DNA of 64,000 bases from Vulcanimicrobiales bacterium (GCA_038215615.1 JBBQQR010000001.1:96001-160000); one strand, 5' to 3'; shown: positions 31,629 to 42,031, counted from the stretch's first letter. Notes: generated by a model not told the origin, from the sequence alone. Numbers and translations: made by a program.

Positions 31629-33323
31629 GTGAACCTAAACGCGCTAACGGTCCCGGCGCCTCCGGCCGGCCCCTACCTCCGAGTGATTCCGCTAGGCGGC
31701 TGCGGCGAGATCGGCCGTAACATGACCGTGATTGAGACGAACGAGGATCTGGTTGTGGTCGATTGCGGCTTGATGTTTCCCGACGAAGAGATGTACGGCG
31801 TGGACATCGTGATCAACGATTTCACGTATCTGCGCGAGCACCGCGACAAGTTCCGGGCGCTGCTCGTGACGCACGGACACGAAGATCACATCGGGGGCAT
31901 TCCCTATCTCTTACGCGAGTTCAACGTGCCGGTGGTCGGCACGGCGCTAACCATCGCGCTGATCAAAGCCAAATCGCGCGATCATAAAATGATCGGCGAA
32001 GCAAACCTCGTTACGGTGAAGCCGGGCGACCGCGTGCGTTACGGATCCATCGAGACCGAGTTCGTGCACATCAATCACTCGGTTTCGGGCGCATGCGCGC
32101 TGGCGCTGCGCACGGAAACGGGCACAGTGTTTCACACGGGCGACTTCAAGTTCGATCAAACGCCGATCGACGGAAGGCCGGCGGATTTCGCGTCGATCGC
32201 GCGCATCGGCGACGAAGGCGTGCTCTGCATGCTTTCCGACAGCACCAACGCCGAGCGTCCGGGGCACACGCTTTCGGAACGAATCGTCGGTGAAGCGTTT
32301 ACCAACGTCTTCTCACACGCCAAGGGACGAATCATCGTCGCGTCGTTTGCGTCCAACGTACCGCGCATCCAGCAAGTGATCGATCACGCGATTACGTTCG
32401 ACCGCAAGATTGCTTTTCTGGGACGGTCGCTTACCAACGTCGTACACTTTGCATCCGAGCTCGGGTATCTCAAAGTGCCGGCCGACCGCACGATGCGCGT
32501 TGAAGAGATCGAGGAGCTTCCGCCCGAGAAGGTCGTCGTGATGACGACCGGTTCGCAAGGCGAACCGATGAGCGGGCTCACGCGGATGTCAGTGCGCGAT
32601 AACCCGCGGCTGAAGATCGTGCCGGGCGATACGGTCGTCATCAGTGCCACGCCCATCCCGGGCAACGAAAAAGGCGTCTATAAAACCATTGACAATTTGT
32701 ACCGTCTCGGTGCGACCGTCGTACACGGCACCGATGGGCGCTCGCACGTTTCGGGGCATGGGTCGCAAGAAGAGTTGCTGCTGATGCTCAACCTGGTCCG
32801 TCCGGAATTTTTCGTTCCGGTGCACGGTGAGTACCGGATGCTCGTGCAGCATGGCAAGCTCGCACAGCGCACCGGCGTAGATGCGCGCAGCGTCTTCGTT
32901 GTGGAGAACGGCGACGTGCTCGAGTTTACCAAAGACTACGGCGACAAAATCGGCAAGACGTACGGCGGACACGTCTTCGTTGATGGCTCGGGTGTTGGCG
33001 ACGTCGGCGAAGCGGTCTTGCGCGATCGCCGTTTGCTGGCGGCCGACGGCTTCATGATGGTCGTCGTCGCGATCGACAGCGAAGAAGGGCGGGTCATCAC
33101 CGGCCCCGACATCATCTCGCGAGGCGTTTTTTACATGCCCGACGCAGGCGGCGTGATGGAAGAGCTCCGTGTCGAGCTGACGGATCTCATTCAGAAAGTT
33201 TCACTCGAAGGAATTCGCGACGTGAACACGGTCAAAGAGCACATACGCGAGGGGTTGGCAAAGGCCATCATGACGCGTTACAAACGGCGTCCGGTTATCG
33301 TCCCGGTCGTCATGGAGGTATGA
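31629..33323 (+). CDS. rnj: Ribonuclease J
   Basis: PLGGCGEIGRNM, THGHEDHIGG, TGSQGEP, HVSGHG, PVHGE. Confidence 0.97.
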   Translation: MNLNALTVPAPPAGPYLRVIPLGGCGEIGRNMTVIETNEDLVVVDCGLMFPDEEMYGVDIVINDFTYLREHRDKFRALLVTHGHEDHIGGIPYLLREFNVPVVGTALTIALIKAKSRDHKMIGEANLVTVKPGDRVRYGSIETEFVHINHSVSGACALALRTETGTVFHTGDFKFDQTPIDGRPADFASIARIGDEGVLCMLSDSTNAERPGHTLSERIVGEAFTNVFSHAKGRIIVASFASNVPRIQQVIDHAITFDRKIAFLGRSLTNVVHFASELGYLKVPADRTMRVEEIEELPPEKVVVMTTGSQGEPMSGLTRMSVRDNPRLKIVPGDTVVISATPIPGNEKGVYKTIDNLYRLGATVVHGTDGRSHVSGHGSQEELLLMLNLVRPEFFVPVHGEYRMLVQHGKLAQRTGVDARSVFVVENGDVLEFTKDYGDKIGKTYGGHVFVDGSGVGDVGEAVLRDRRLLAADGFMMVVVAIDSEEGRVITGPDIISRGVFYMPDAGGVMEELRVELTDLIQKVSLEGIRDVNTVKEHIREGLAKAIMTRYKRRPVIVPVVMEV

Positions 33324-33329
33324 CTCGCT

Positions 33330-33650
33330 TTGAAGACGCGCAAACAATTTATCGCCGTGGCGGCCGCCGGTGCCGGCGCGCTGCTGGCAGCGCCCGCGGG
33401 CGCGCAGACGACGCCGATGCCTGCCCCTACGGCCACGCCCGCGCCCGCGCCTAAGAAGGCGTCCGACGCCGCGACCGCGCTGGCGGCGCGCATGCGCACG
33501 TTCGATCCGAAACTGACCGACGAAGAACTCGCCACGATCGCCGAAGGTATCGACGGCAATCTCCAAATCGGACGCGGACTCAATCCCAAGGGAACCGCGA
33601 TTCCGAATTCAATCGAACCGGCGACGTCCTTTAAGGTGGTCCCGTCATGA
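33330..33650 (+). CDS. Small Tat-signal protein, GatC/AtzG-like amidase partner candidate
   Basis: TRKQFI, hydrophobic stretch and AGA cleavage site; C-terminal helix ending NSIEPATSF; ATGA-coupled to the amidase. Confidence 0.7.
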   Translation: MKTRKQFIAVAAAGAGALLAAPAGAQTTPMPAPTATPAPAPKKASDAATALAARMRTFDPKLTDEELATIAEGIDGNLQIGRGLNPKGTAIPNSIEPATSFKVVPS

Positions 33651-35050
33651 CCGAAGAGCAGCTGGCGTTTTCCGACGCAACGACACTGGGCTCGCTTATC
33701 GCCGCCAAGAAAGTCTCGTCGGTCGAATTGACCAAAATGTATCTCGCACGTTTGGAAAAATACGGGAGCACGTACGGCGCCGTCGTGACGATCATGAATG
33801 AACGCGCGCTGCGCGAGGCGCGCGGCGCCGACGCCGAGCTCGCAGCCGGAAAATCTCGCGGCCCGTTGCACGGAGTTCCGTACGGCGTCAAGGATTTGCT
33901 CGCCGCCGTCGGTGCGCCGACGACGTGGGGTGCCGCGCCTTACCGCAATCAAGTTTTCAACTACGACGGCACGGTAGTGCAAAAATTGCGCGCGGCTGGC
34001 GGCGTGCTGCTCGCGAAACTTGCGATGGTGGAACTGGCCGGTGGTTTCGGTTACGACGATGCCGATGCATCGTTCACCGGTCCGGGCAGAACGCCGTGGA
34101 ACCGTGACTACTGGAGCGGCGGATCGTCAAGCGGACCGGGTGCGTCCGTCGCCGCAGGTTTGGTCGGTTTTGCGATCGGATCGGAAACGAACGGTTCGAT
34201 TATGGCACCGGCCGCGTATTGCGGCGTCACCGGATTGCGTCCGACCTACGGTCGTGTGAGTCGTCACGGCGCGATGGCGTTGATGTGGACCTCCGACAAG
34301 CTCGGCCCGATGTGCCGCTCGGCACGCGACGCCGAACTCGTGCTGTGGGCCATCGCAGGACACGATCCCGCGGATCGCACGTCGCTCAACGCGCCGTTTC
34401 CGAAAGTCCGCGGCCGCAAACCAAAAATCGGTGTATTGGCGCGTTCGACCGAACGCATCATGCCGGCGGTTGCGAGCAACTTTATGGCGTCGCTGGATGT
34501 GTTGCGTGAGTTCGCGGACGTGGTCACCAATGTTGCGTTGCCGCGTGGTAATTACGGGTCGACGTTTGAGGCGATTTTCAACGGCGAGTGCGCTTCGGCG
34601 TTTCGCGATTTGATCGAAAGCGGAAAGGCTCGCGAGCTGCAATCTACCGACGATCGCCTGGGCGGCTATCAAGTCTACAATGCGCTCGCTGTGGATTACG
34701 TTGACGGCATGCGCAGGCGCACGATGCTCAACGAAGCGCTAGCGAAAGCCTTCGCCGGGTACGACGCGATCGTGCACCCGACGAGGTCGACGGTTTCCTA
34801 TCCGGTCGGCATTAAATTCGATAAGGCTTACCCATCGAAATACAATGGCGTGACGGGGTTGGGAAGTCCCGGAAACTTAGCGGGCCTGCCGGAGATTAGC
34901 GTTCCCAACGGCTTCGGCGATCATAATTTGCCGACGGGACTCGCGATGATGGGTCGGGCGTGGGGCGAGATGCAGATCACCCAGATCGCTAAGGCGTACC
35001 AATCTCGCACGAAATTCCACACGATGCATCCGAAGCTCGTCGTCGTCTAA
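33647..35050 (+). CDS. Amidase signature family enzyme
   Basis: GPLHGVPYGVKD (Lys), GGSSSG, GSETNGSI (Ser-cisSer-Lys triad). Confidence 0.93.
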   Translation: MTEEQLAFSDATTLGSLIAAKKVSSVELTKMYLARLEKYGSTYGAVVTIMNERALREARGADAELAAGKSRGPLHGVPYGVKDLLAAVGAPTTWGAAPYRNQVFNYDGTVVQKLRAAGGVLLAKLAMVELAGGFGYDDADASFTGPGRTPWNRDYWSGGSSSGPGASVAAGLVGFAIGSETNGSIMAPAAYCGVTGLRPTYGRVSRHGAMALMWTSDKLGPMCRSARDAELVLWAIAGHDPADRTSLNAPFPKVRGRKPKIGVLARSTERIMPAVASNFMASLDVLREFADVVTNVALPRGNYGSTFEAIFNGECASAFRDLIESGKARELQSTDDRLGGYQVYNALAVDYVDGMRRRTMLNEALAKAFAGYDAIVHPTRSTVSYPVGIKFDKAYPSKYNGVTGLGSPGNLAGLPEISVPNGFGDHNLPTGLAMMGRAWGEMQITQIAKAYQSRTKFHTMHPKLVVV

Positions 35051-35068
35051 CTTGCGCCCCGTGCTGCG

Positions 35069-35950
35069 ATGGACGTAAGTTTAGCGGCAGCTACGGAACA
35101 GATCGCGCCGGGGCGCGGATATTTCGACGACGTTTGGCGGCGGCTGCTCAAATCGCCGGGGGCACTGATCGGCCTCGGCTTGATTGCTGTCCTCGTTTTT
35201 ACAGCCGCATTTGCACCGCTGATCGCGCATACCGATCCGTTAGCGCAGAACCTCGCGCAACAGTCGCTGCATCCGAGCTGGACGCATCCTTTCGGCACGG
35301 ACAAACTCGGGCGCGATTTGTTTTCGCGCATCGTGTATGGTTCGCGGATTTCGATACGCATTGGGTTTCTCGCGGTCGGCATCGCGATCACGATCGGCAC
35401 GTTTTTCGGTGTCGCCGGCGGCTATCTGGGGAAGGCCACCGACAGCGCGATCATGGCCGTAATGGATCTGATGCTCGCGTTCCCATCGATTATTCTCGCG
35501 ATCGGCATTACCACCATCCTTGGGCCGAGCATCAACCATTTGATGATAGCGGTCGGCATCGTTTACATACCGCAGTATGCGCGGCTCGCGCGGTCGTCGG
35601 TTCTGGGCGTTAAGGAACTCGAATACGTCGAAGCGGCCAAAGCGCTGGGAGCTCGCGTGCCGCGCATCCTCTGGCGCCACGTCCTGCCGAATATTCTCGC
35701 GCCGCTGATCGTGCAGGCGATGCTGGGCATCGGCACGGCCGAATTGGAAGCGGCCGGGCTTTCCTATCTCGGCTTGGGGGCGCGTCCGCCGACGCCCGAG
35801 TGGGGCGCGATGCTCAACGATGCGCGCGACTACTGGCTCTCCGCGCCGTGGGCGCTGATTTTTCCGGGTGTCGCAATAACGCTGATGGTGCTCGGCTTCA
35901 ATCTTTTGGGAGACGGGCTCCGCGACGCGCTCGATCCTACGCAGCGGTAA
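35069..35950 (+). CDS. Peptide/nickel ABC transporter permease (DppC/OppC type)
   Basis: HPFGTDKLGRD, EYVEAAKALGA (EAA loop), GDGLRDALDP. Confidence 0.93.
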   Translation: MDVSLAAATEQIAPGRGYFDDVWRRLLKSPGALIGLGLIAVLVFTAAFAPLIAHTDPLAQNLAQQSLHPSWTHPFGTDKLGRDLFSRIVYGSRISIRIGFLAVGIAITIGTFFGVAGGYLGKATDSAIMAVMDLMLAFPSIILAIGITTILGPSINHLMIAVGIVYIPQYARLARSSVLGVKELEYVEAAKALGARVPRILWRHVLPNILAPLIVQAMLGIGTAELEAAGLSYLGLGARPPTPEWGAMLNDARDYWLSAPWALIFPGVAITLMVLGFNLLGDGLRDALDPTQR

Positions 35951-35953
35951 TCC

Positions 35954-36790
35954 ATGGCGATCGTCTTAGGACTGCTCGCAGCTATTTTTTACGGCTCCGC
36001 GGACTTTTGCGGCGGCTTCGCGACGCGCCGCAGCCCGATGTTCGCGGTAACGGTCATTTCGCAGGCCGTCGGCCTCGGGCTGATCCTGATCGCGCTGCCG
36101 TTCTTTCCTTCGCATCCAACATGGTGGGCTCTGGAGGCAGGCTTCATTGCCGGCATGTGCGGCGGCCTGGGTTTACTGCTGCTCTATCACGCGCTTTCGA
36201 TCGGGAAGATGGGCGTCGTTTCGCCCATTACCGCAGTGCTTGCCGCGCTTACGCCCGTCATCGTCGGCGCCGTTCGCGGCGAGCACTTGGGGAATTTCAA
36301 ATTGGCCGGCATCGGCGTAGCGCTGCTTGCGGTTATCCTTATTTCGCTATCCACCGAAGCGGACGGCAGGTTCGAGTTTTCTACTGCAGGCGTGAAAGAG
36401 GCGCTGGCATCGGGCGTCGTGCTGGGCGGTTTCTATACGTTTCTCGCGCTGGGCGGACAACAGAGCGGGCTCTATCCGATCGTCGCTGCGCGCATCGGCT
36501 CGATCGCGCTGCTGCTCGTTATCGCTATCGTCATGCGGAGGAGCATAGTCGTCGCGGCGCCGGCAGCGCTTGGCATTATCGCATTAGCCGGTGCGCTCGA
36601 TATGATGGCCAACGCGTTCTACGTGCTCGCGGCGTACGCAGGCTATCTTTCGATCGCGGCCGTCCTCACATCGCTTTATCCCGCGAGCACGGTGTTTCTT
36701 GCGCGCATTGTGTTGGGCGAACGTCTTGGCGCGCTGCAGAAAACCGGCGTCGTTTTCGCGCTCGCCGGCGTGGCGCTGATTGCCAGCTAA
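35954..36790 (+). CDS. EamA/DMT family transporter
   Basis: About 10 TM segments, ADFCGG, VVSPI, SLYP..TV..A...LGE. Confidence 0.88.
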   Translation: MAIVLGLLAAIFYGSADFCGGFATRRSPMFAVTVISQAVGLGLILIALPFFPSHPTWWALEAGFIAGMCGGLGLLLLYHALSIGKMGVVSPITAVLAALTPVIVGAVRGEHLGNFKLAGIGVALLAVILISLSTEADGRFEFSTAGVKEALASGVVLGGFYTFLALGGQQSGLYPIVAARIGSIALLLVIAIVMRRSIVVAAPAALGIIALAGALDMMANAFYVLAAYAGYLSIAAVLTSLYPASTVFLARIVLGERLGALQKTGVVFALAGVALIAS

Positions 36791-37863
36791 AGGCTCGACC
36801 ACACGTCGAGCTTGCGCTTGACGCGATCGATCACCGCGTCGGTAAAGTCCGTGGTTGAAGCGTGGCCGCCGAGGTCGCTGGTCGCGATGCCTTCGTGCAC
36901 GGCCTCAAGCGTTGACTCATAGATCGCTCGCGAGGCGTTCTGCGCGCGCTTGTCTTCCATATAAGAGAGCAGCGCGCCGCCGGCCAGGATCATGGCCATC
37001 GGGTTGGCGACGTTCTTGCCGAACAGGCGCGGCGCCGTGCCGTGCGGCGCTTCGGTCATAACGACGGTCGGCTTTAGTCCTTCGTCAAACGCAAGCAGCA
37101 CAGACTCCGCGCCGGCGATCGATCCGAAGAGTTGCATGACCAAATCGGAGAGGCAATCGCCGTCGCGATTGAGCGAAGGAATGACTAGCGGAATTTCGCC
37201 GTCCGTGCTAAGCAGAAGGGCGTACGTGGCATCGATTAGTTGCGGATCGTACGGAACATCGGGATGTCGCGCTGCGGCAGCGTCGAGTTCTTCTTTGAAC
37301 ATTCCCTCGTAAACGGGGCTGACGGTAAACTTCGGACCGCCGAAAACCTTCGCGTGCATGCGCGCCGCGTGAACGAACGCGTACTCGGCGACCACTTGGC
37401 AGACGCCGCGGTCGATCGATTCGGTGCGGTACGCGATTTCGCTTGAGCCCGCGCCCTCGCGCCATTCCTTTGCGCCGTAGGCGTCGCCCACGGCCATGCG
37501 TACGACCGAAATCGGCGCGTGGACGCCCGCGACGGGACGAATCCGCGGCAAGCGCCGCCCTGTGCGAACGATGACTTTCCCGCCGATCGCTTTGCGCAGA
37601 ATCGCGTTGGGCGATCCGACGTCGTCCTTTTCTTCGGGCGTAATTGTGGCCGCTTTCAGACCAAAATGTGCCCGCTTCATCGCGTCGGCGGCGTCTTGCA
37701 CCACAGCGTTGTTGGTTGCGCGCCGGTTTTCCAGCGAAAGATCGAACCGTTCCATGGTAAGGTCGACGTCGATGACCGAACGGTCGAGAACGCGCAGCGC
37801 TTCCGCCAGCAGCTCTTGACCGGTCTGGTCGCCTTCCAGAATCACGATGGTCGTCGGGCTCAA
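36787..37863 (-). CDS. Isocitrate/isopropylmalate dehydrogenase family protein
   Basis: EGDQTGQE, KAATITPE, SPNAILRK, NRDGDCLSD, EAPHGTAP, ANPMAMI; AGGAG SD before TTG 37863. Confidence 0.88.
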   Translation of the reverse strand: MSPTTIVILEGDQTGQELLAEALRVLDRSVIDVDLTMERFDLSLENRRATNNAVVQDAADAMKRAHFGLKAATITPEEKDDVGSPNAILRKAIGGKVIVRTGRRLPRIRPVAGVHAPISVVRMAVGDAYGAKEWREGAGSSEIAYRTESIDRGVCQVVAEYAFVHAARMHAKVFGGPKFTVSPVYEGMFKEELDAAAARHPDVPYDPQLIDATYALLLSTDGEIPLVIPSLNRDGDCLSDLVMQLFGSIAGAESVLLAFDEGLKPTVVMTEAPHGTAPRLFGKNVANPMAMILAGGALLSYMEDKRAQNASRAIYESTLEAVHEGIATSDLGGHASTTDFTDAVIDRVKRKLDVWSSL

Positions 37864-37898
37864 ATGAACTCCTATTAGAATGAAGAAGTAAGCGGTCC

Positions 37899-40211
37899 AT
37901 GGCACGCGTGCGCCGCCGGGCGGCGAAATCGCGATTGAATTACGAGATCGCGGGCATGGCAGCGATTGGCATCGCCGTTCTGCTGGCGGTCGCGCTGACT
38001 TTGGCGCCTGCGCATGCGGGGGCCGCCGGCGCCGTAACCGCGCGAGCGCTCCATTGGACCTTTGGATCAGCTGCCGGACTTTTCCCCGTTTTGATCGCGC
38101 TCTTCGGCGCGATCGTCTTCCTGGAGATCAACCTCCCTCGAATAATGGCGACGTTCGGCGTCGCGGCGCTGGGCTATTTCATCCTGATCGATACGTCGCT
38201 TGCGAAGCGCGGCGGGTTCGTCGGCACCGAGTTGTGGCGCGGGCTTTACGCGCTGCTCGGCCTTACCGGATCCCGCGTCGTCATCGGCTTGCTCGCTTTG
38301 TTGCTGGCCGTGTGGATCAGCGACGTCTCCGTCAAGAAGATCATCGGCTGGCTCGTGCTGGTATTTTCAAAAGTTCGCATGCCGAAAGTCCGTCTGGCTT
38401 TGCCCGAAGGCCACGAAACGCTGCGTGACGCGTTCGCTCTGCCGGCGGCCGATCCGAATCGCAAAAAGGAACGCGTAGTCGATATCGGCGCGGCTACCGC
38501 GCTGGTCGCAGTCGAGCCGCTCATGCCTACGGTCGCTCCGCCGCTGCCGGTCGATTACGAAGACGAAGAAGCTCTCGAAGATGACGCCGCCGAGGAAGAG
38601 GATGAGGAAGAGGAAGAGGCCGACGGCGATCCCGACATCGACGAAGAGGAAGGCGACCCTTCGACAGGCTCAGGGCAGGCTGACGACGGTGATGAGTACG
38701 ACGGCGATGAGGAGCTCGATGATGAGGAAGAGGTTGAGGGCGAGTACGAAGCTCCCACGGTAGCCGGCGGACCGCGCAACTACAAACTTCCCGATCTCTC
38801 GCTCTTCGATCCGCCACAGGCGCAAGTGGTGGATGACTCGACGCGGTCCGCTGTGCTCGAAGATACGCTCGCTTCGTTCGGCGTCGGCGCCAAAGTCGTC
38901 CACATCGAGCGCGGCCCTTCGGTTACGCGCTACGAACTCAAGCCCGACCGGGGCGTAAAAATTTCGAAGATCGCCAACCTTGCCGACGATCTCGCGCTGG
39001 CGCTGGCTGCGACGAGCGTCCGTATCGAAGCGCCGATTCCCGGCAAGTCGGCGGTCGGCATCGAGGTTCCAAACAAGACCGTTTCGATCGTTTCGATTCG
39101 CGAGATCCTGGAGGCGCTTCCGCAGCGCGGACAAGTTCCGCCCCTCTGGATGGCGCTCGGGAAGGACGTTCCGGGCCGCGCGGTCTTCGGCGATCTGTCG
39201 CGGATGCCGCACATGCTGATCGCGGGCGCCACCGGCTCCGGCAAGTCGGTCTGTCTAAATTCCGTGATCGCTTCGCTGCTCGTGAGCGCGACGCCGGATC
39301 AAGTGCAGATTTTGATGATCGATCCGAAGCGCGTTGAACTCGTGATGTACAACGGCATTCCGCATCTCATCAAAGACGTCATCACCGACCCGCGCATGGC
39401 GGCGGGCGCGCTTTTTGAGATGACCAAGGAAATGGACGCGCGGTACGAGCGCTTTGCCAAGGCCGGCGTGCGCAAGATCGAGGAGTACAACGCCAAGTAC
39501 CCCGACGAAAACTTGCCCTACGTGGTGATCGTGATCGACGAACTTGCCGATCTGATGCTGATTGCGCCGGCTCGCGTCGAGACCACCATCATGCGGCTCG
39601 CACAGCTGGCGCGCGCGACGGGTATACACTTGATCGTGGCAACGCAGCGCCCGTCGGTTGACGTCATCACCGGCCTCATCAAAGCCAATATTCCGTCGCG
39701 CATCGCCTTCGCGGTGACGTCACAAGTCGATTCGCGCACGATTCTCGATATGGTGGGCGCGGAGCGGCTCTTAGGACGCGGCGACATGCTCTATCTACCG
39801 ATCGACTCGCCCAAGCCCATCCGCGCGCAAGGCGCTTTCATTTCCGGCGGTGAGTTACAGCGGCTGATTCATTTCTGGACGAAGCAGTCGCGCCCGGAAA
39901 ATCTGCTCGACGTCGATATCCAGCCGATTGCCGACGAAGAGAAGAAAGAAGTCGACCCGCTATGCTTCGAAGCGGCCAAATTCATTATCGAAAGCAACTA
40001 CGCCTCGACCGCCGCGCTGCAGTCGCAATTTTCAATCGGGCATCCGCGCGCCGTGCGCGTCATGAAACAGCTCGAGGAACTGAAAGTCGTGGGTCCACAT
40101 GAAGGCACGAAACCGCGCCGCATTCTCTTCGGGCTCGACGATCTCGAGCGCGTCTCAGATCGTTTCGGGCGCGAGCGGGGGCAGCAAGATCTCTTTGCTG
40201 CCGGGTCTTGA
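37899..40211 (+). CDS. ftsK: DNA translocase FtsK
   Basis: N-terminal TM domain, acidic linker, PHMLIAGATGSGKS, IDELADLM, ATQRPS, gamma domain. Confidence 0.96.
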   Translation: MARVRRRAAKSRLNYEIAGMAAIGIAVLLAVALTLAPAHAGAAGAVTARALHWTFGSAAGLFPVLIALFGAIVFLEINLPRIMATFGVAALGYFILIDTSLAKRGGFVGTELWRGLYALLGLTGSRVVIGLLALLLAVWISDVSVKKIIGWLVLVFSKVRMPKVRLALPEGHETLRDAFALPAADPNRKKERVVDIGAATALVAVEPLMPTVAPPLPVDYEDEEALEDDAAEEEDEEEEEADGDPDIDEEEGDPSTGSGQADDGDEYDGDEELDDEEEVEGEYEAPTVAGGPRNYKLPDLSLFDPPQAQVVDDSTRSAVLEDTLASFGVGAKVVHIERGPSVTRYELKPDRGVKISKIANLADDLALALAATSVRIEAPIPGKSAVGIEVPNKTVSIVSIREILEALPQRGQVPPLWMALGKDVPGRAVFGDLSRMPHMLIAGATGSGKSVCLNSVIASLLVSATPDQVQILMIDPKRVELVMYNGIPHLIKDVITDPRMAAGALFEMTKEMDARYERFAKAGVRKIEEYNAKYPDENLPYVVIVIDELADLMLIAPARVETTIMRLAQLARATGIHLIVATQRPSVDVITGLIKANIPSRIAFAVTSQVDSRTILDMVGAERLLGRGDMLYLPIDSPKPIRAQGAFISGGELQRLIHFWTKQSRPENLLDVDIQPIADEEKKEVDPLCFEAAKFIIESNYASTAALQSQFSIGHPRAVRVMKQLEELKVVGPHEGTKPRRILFGLDDLERVSDRFGRERGQQDLFAAGS
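38658..38681. repeat. REP-like short repeat, copy 3, inside the ftsK linker (encodes PSTGSGQA)
   Basis: CCTTCGACAGGCTCAGGGCAGGCT, 23/24 identical to 342-365. Confidence 0.8.
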
Positions 40212-40846
40212 ATCCGATGACGCAGCGTAGACACGCCGTCGGCCACGTCGTCTTTGCGTGCATTCTGCTCGCGGCGTTTTTTTGGCTCGGCTTTTTCGTT
40301 ACAAAACATGGCGAACCGCATGCGTTAAATGCTTTTGCGTTGCAACTGCGCGGCCACGGTACGGCAATTGCATGGAGGTTTACAGAGATGGGATGGGGCT
40401 ACGTGCTCGGCCCTCTCTATATCGCGCTTATCGCGCTGGCGATCTTCCGGCCCGAATGGCGTATGCGCGCACTCTTTGCCATCGCGATAGCGCTTATATG
40501 CTGGGGCGCGGCAACGGGTTTCCAGCATTTCTTCGCCCGGCCGCGACGGTTGGATTGGCTCATACGCCATGAAACGGCGGGATCATATCCGAGCAGCCAT
40601 GCCGCCGTTTCGACCGGATTTTATTTCCTTTGCGGCTTGTTGGCATTGCGTTCGAACCTGGCAGCGTGGCTGCGCTACACGCTGTTTGCTGTACTGACTT
40701 TTGTCACATTGGCGATCATCTGGTCACGTATCGAACTTGCTGCGCACAACATCACCGACGTCATCGGCGGCGTGATGCTTGCTTTGGTGATCATCGCGCT
40801 TGGTGCGGCCGTCGCCGAATTTACGGGAAGGCCGGTTGTAAGCTAA
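40208..40846 (+). CDS. PAP2 family membrane phosphatase
   Basis: RPR, SYPSSHA, SRIELAAHNITDVIGG motifs (slightly degenerate). Confidence 0.85.
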   Translation: MNPMTQRRHAVGHVVFACILLAAFFWLGFFVTKHGEPHALNAFALQLRGHGTAIAWRFTEMGWGYVLGPLYIALIALAIFRPEWRMRALFAIAIALICWGAATGFQHFFARPRRLDWLIRHETAGSYPSSHAAVSTGFYFLCGLLALRSNLAAWLRYTLFAVLTFVTLAIIWSRIELAAHNITDVIGGVMLALVIIALGAAVAEFTGRPVVS

Positions 40847-40882
40847 CCAGGGGGGATGCCGCCGACTCCGAAGCATCGGCAC

Positions 40883-42031
40883 ATGGCGGCGCACGTGACC
40901 GATCCGGCTCTCAAACCCATCGAACGCAAGGTCGAAGAAGGCATCCCGCTTTCACCGGAAGACGGGCTGAGGCTGTTTGGGACGCGTGACCTGCATTCGC
41001 TTGGACGCATGGCGCGCGCGCAAAAAGAGCGCAAGAGCGGAAAAAACGTTTACTATATCCTCAACCGCTACGTGAATTCCACCAATGTCTGCTATGCGGG
41101 CTGCAAGTTTTGTTCGTTTGCGGTCGATGAATTCAAGGAAACCGATCGCGTCGTGCGGATGGCCGCCGACCAAGTCATGTCAAAGGCGCTCGAGACCGGC
41201 ACGAACTTCAACCAAATCCACATCGTCGGCGGACACGATCCGCGCCAACTTTCGCTGGATTACTGGCTGCCTCTGATGCGCCGCTTTAAAGAGCAAGTGC
41301 CGCACGTACAGCTCTCGCTGTTCACTGCGGCCGAACTCGATTACATGGCCAAGCGCCACCGGATGAAATATCCCGAACTGATTGCGGCGCTAAAGTCGGC
41401 TGGGCTCGACAATGTCAACGGCGGCGGCGCGGAAATTTTTGCGCCTGAAACGCGCGCCAAAATTTGTCCGAACAAGGTCGGCACCGACAACTGGCTCGAG
41501 ATCCACGAAGAACTGCACCGCCAGGGCGTTGCTTCGAATGCGACGATGCTCTACGGACACATCGAGTCGCTCGAGGATCGCGTCGATCACCTCATCAGAC
41601 TGCGCGAATCGCAGCGCCGCTCGCCCGGGTACAATGCATTTATTCCGCTGGCGTTTCATCCGGATGGAAACGAGCTCAACGACTGCGGCTGGACGACGGG
41701 CTTGGATGACTTGCGCATATTTGCGGTTTCGCGCTTGATGCTCGATAATTTCGATCACATCAAAGCGTACTGGATGATACAAGGTCTGAAGATCTGCCAA
41801 GTCGCCTTACACTTCGGGGCCGACGATATGGACGGCACGCACGGCAGCACCGACGAAGAGATGATCTATCACAGCGCGGGTACGCAGTCAGGGCAGTATG
41901 TCGACGATCGCGAGTTCCGGCGTTTAATAGAAGAAGCCGGCTACGTGCCGGTCCGCCGCAACAGCACCTACGATGAATTCCCGCACGATTGGACGCCTCC
42001 GCCGGCCACCCGCGAAGAAGTTTATGCTTAA
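40883..42031 (+). CDS. mqnE: Aminofutalosine synthase (radical SAM)
   Basis: TNVCYAGCKFC, GGGAEIF, NATMLYGHIE, HIKAYW; clustered with mqnA and mqnC. Confidence 0.88.
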   Translation: MAAHVTDPALKPIERKVEEGIPLSPEDGLRLFGTRDLHSLGRMARAQKERKSGKNVYYILNRYVNSTNVCYAGCKFCSFAVDEFKETDRVVRMAADQVMSKALETGTNFNQIHIVGGHDPRQLSLDYWLPLMRRFKEQVPHVQLSLFTAAELDYMAKRHRMKYPELIAALKSAGLDNVNGGGAEIFAPETRAKICPNKVGTDNWLEIHEELHRQGVASNATMLYGHIESLEDRVDHLIRLRESQRRSPGYNAFIPLAFHPDGNELNDCGWTTGLDDLRIFAVSRLMLDNFDHIKAYWMIQGLKICQVALHFGADDMDGTHGSTDEEMIYHSAGTQSGQYVDDREFRRLIEEAGYVPVRRNSTYDEFPHDWTPPPATREEVYA

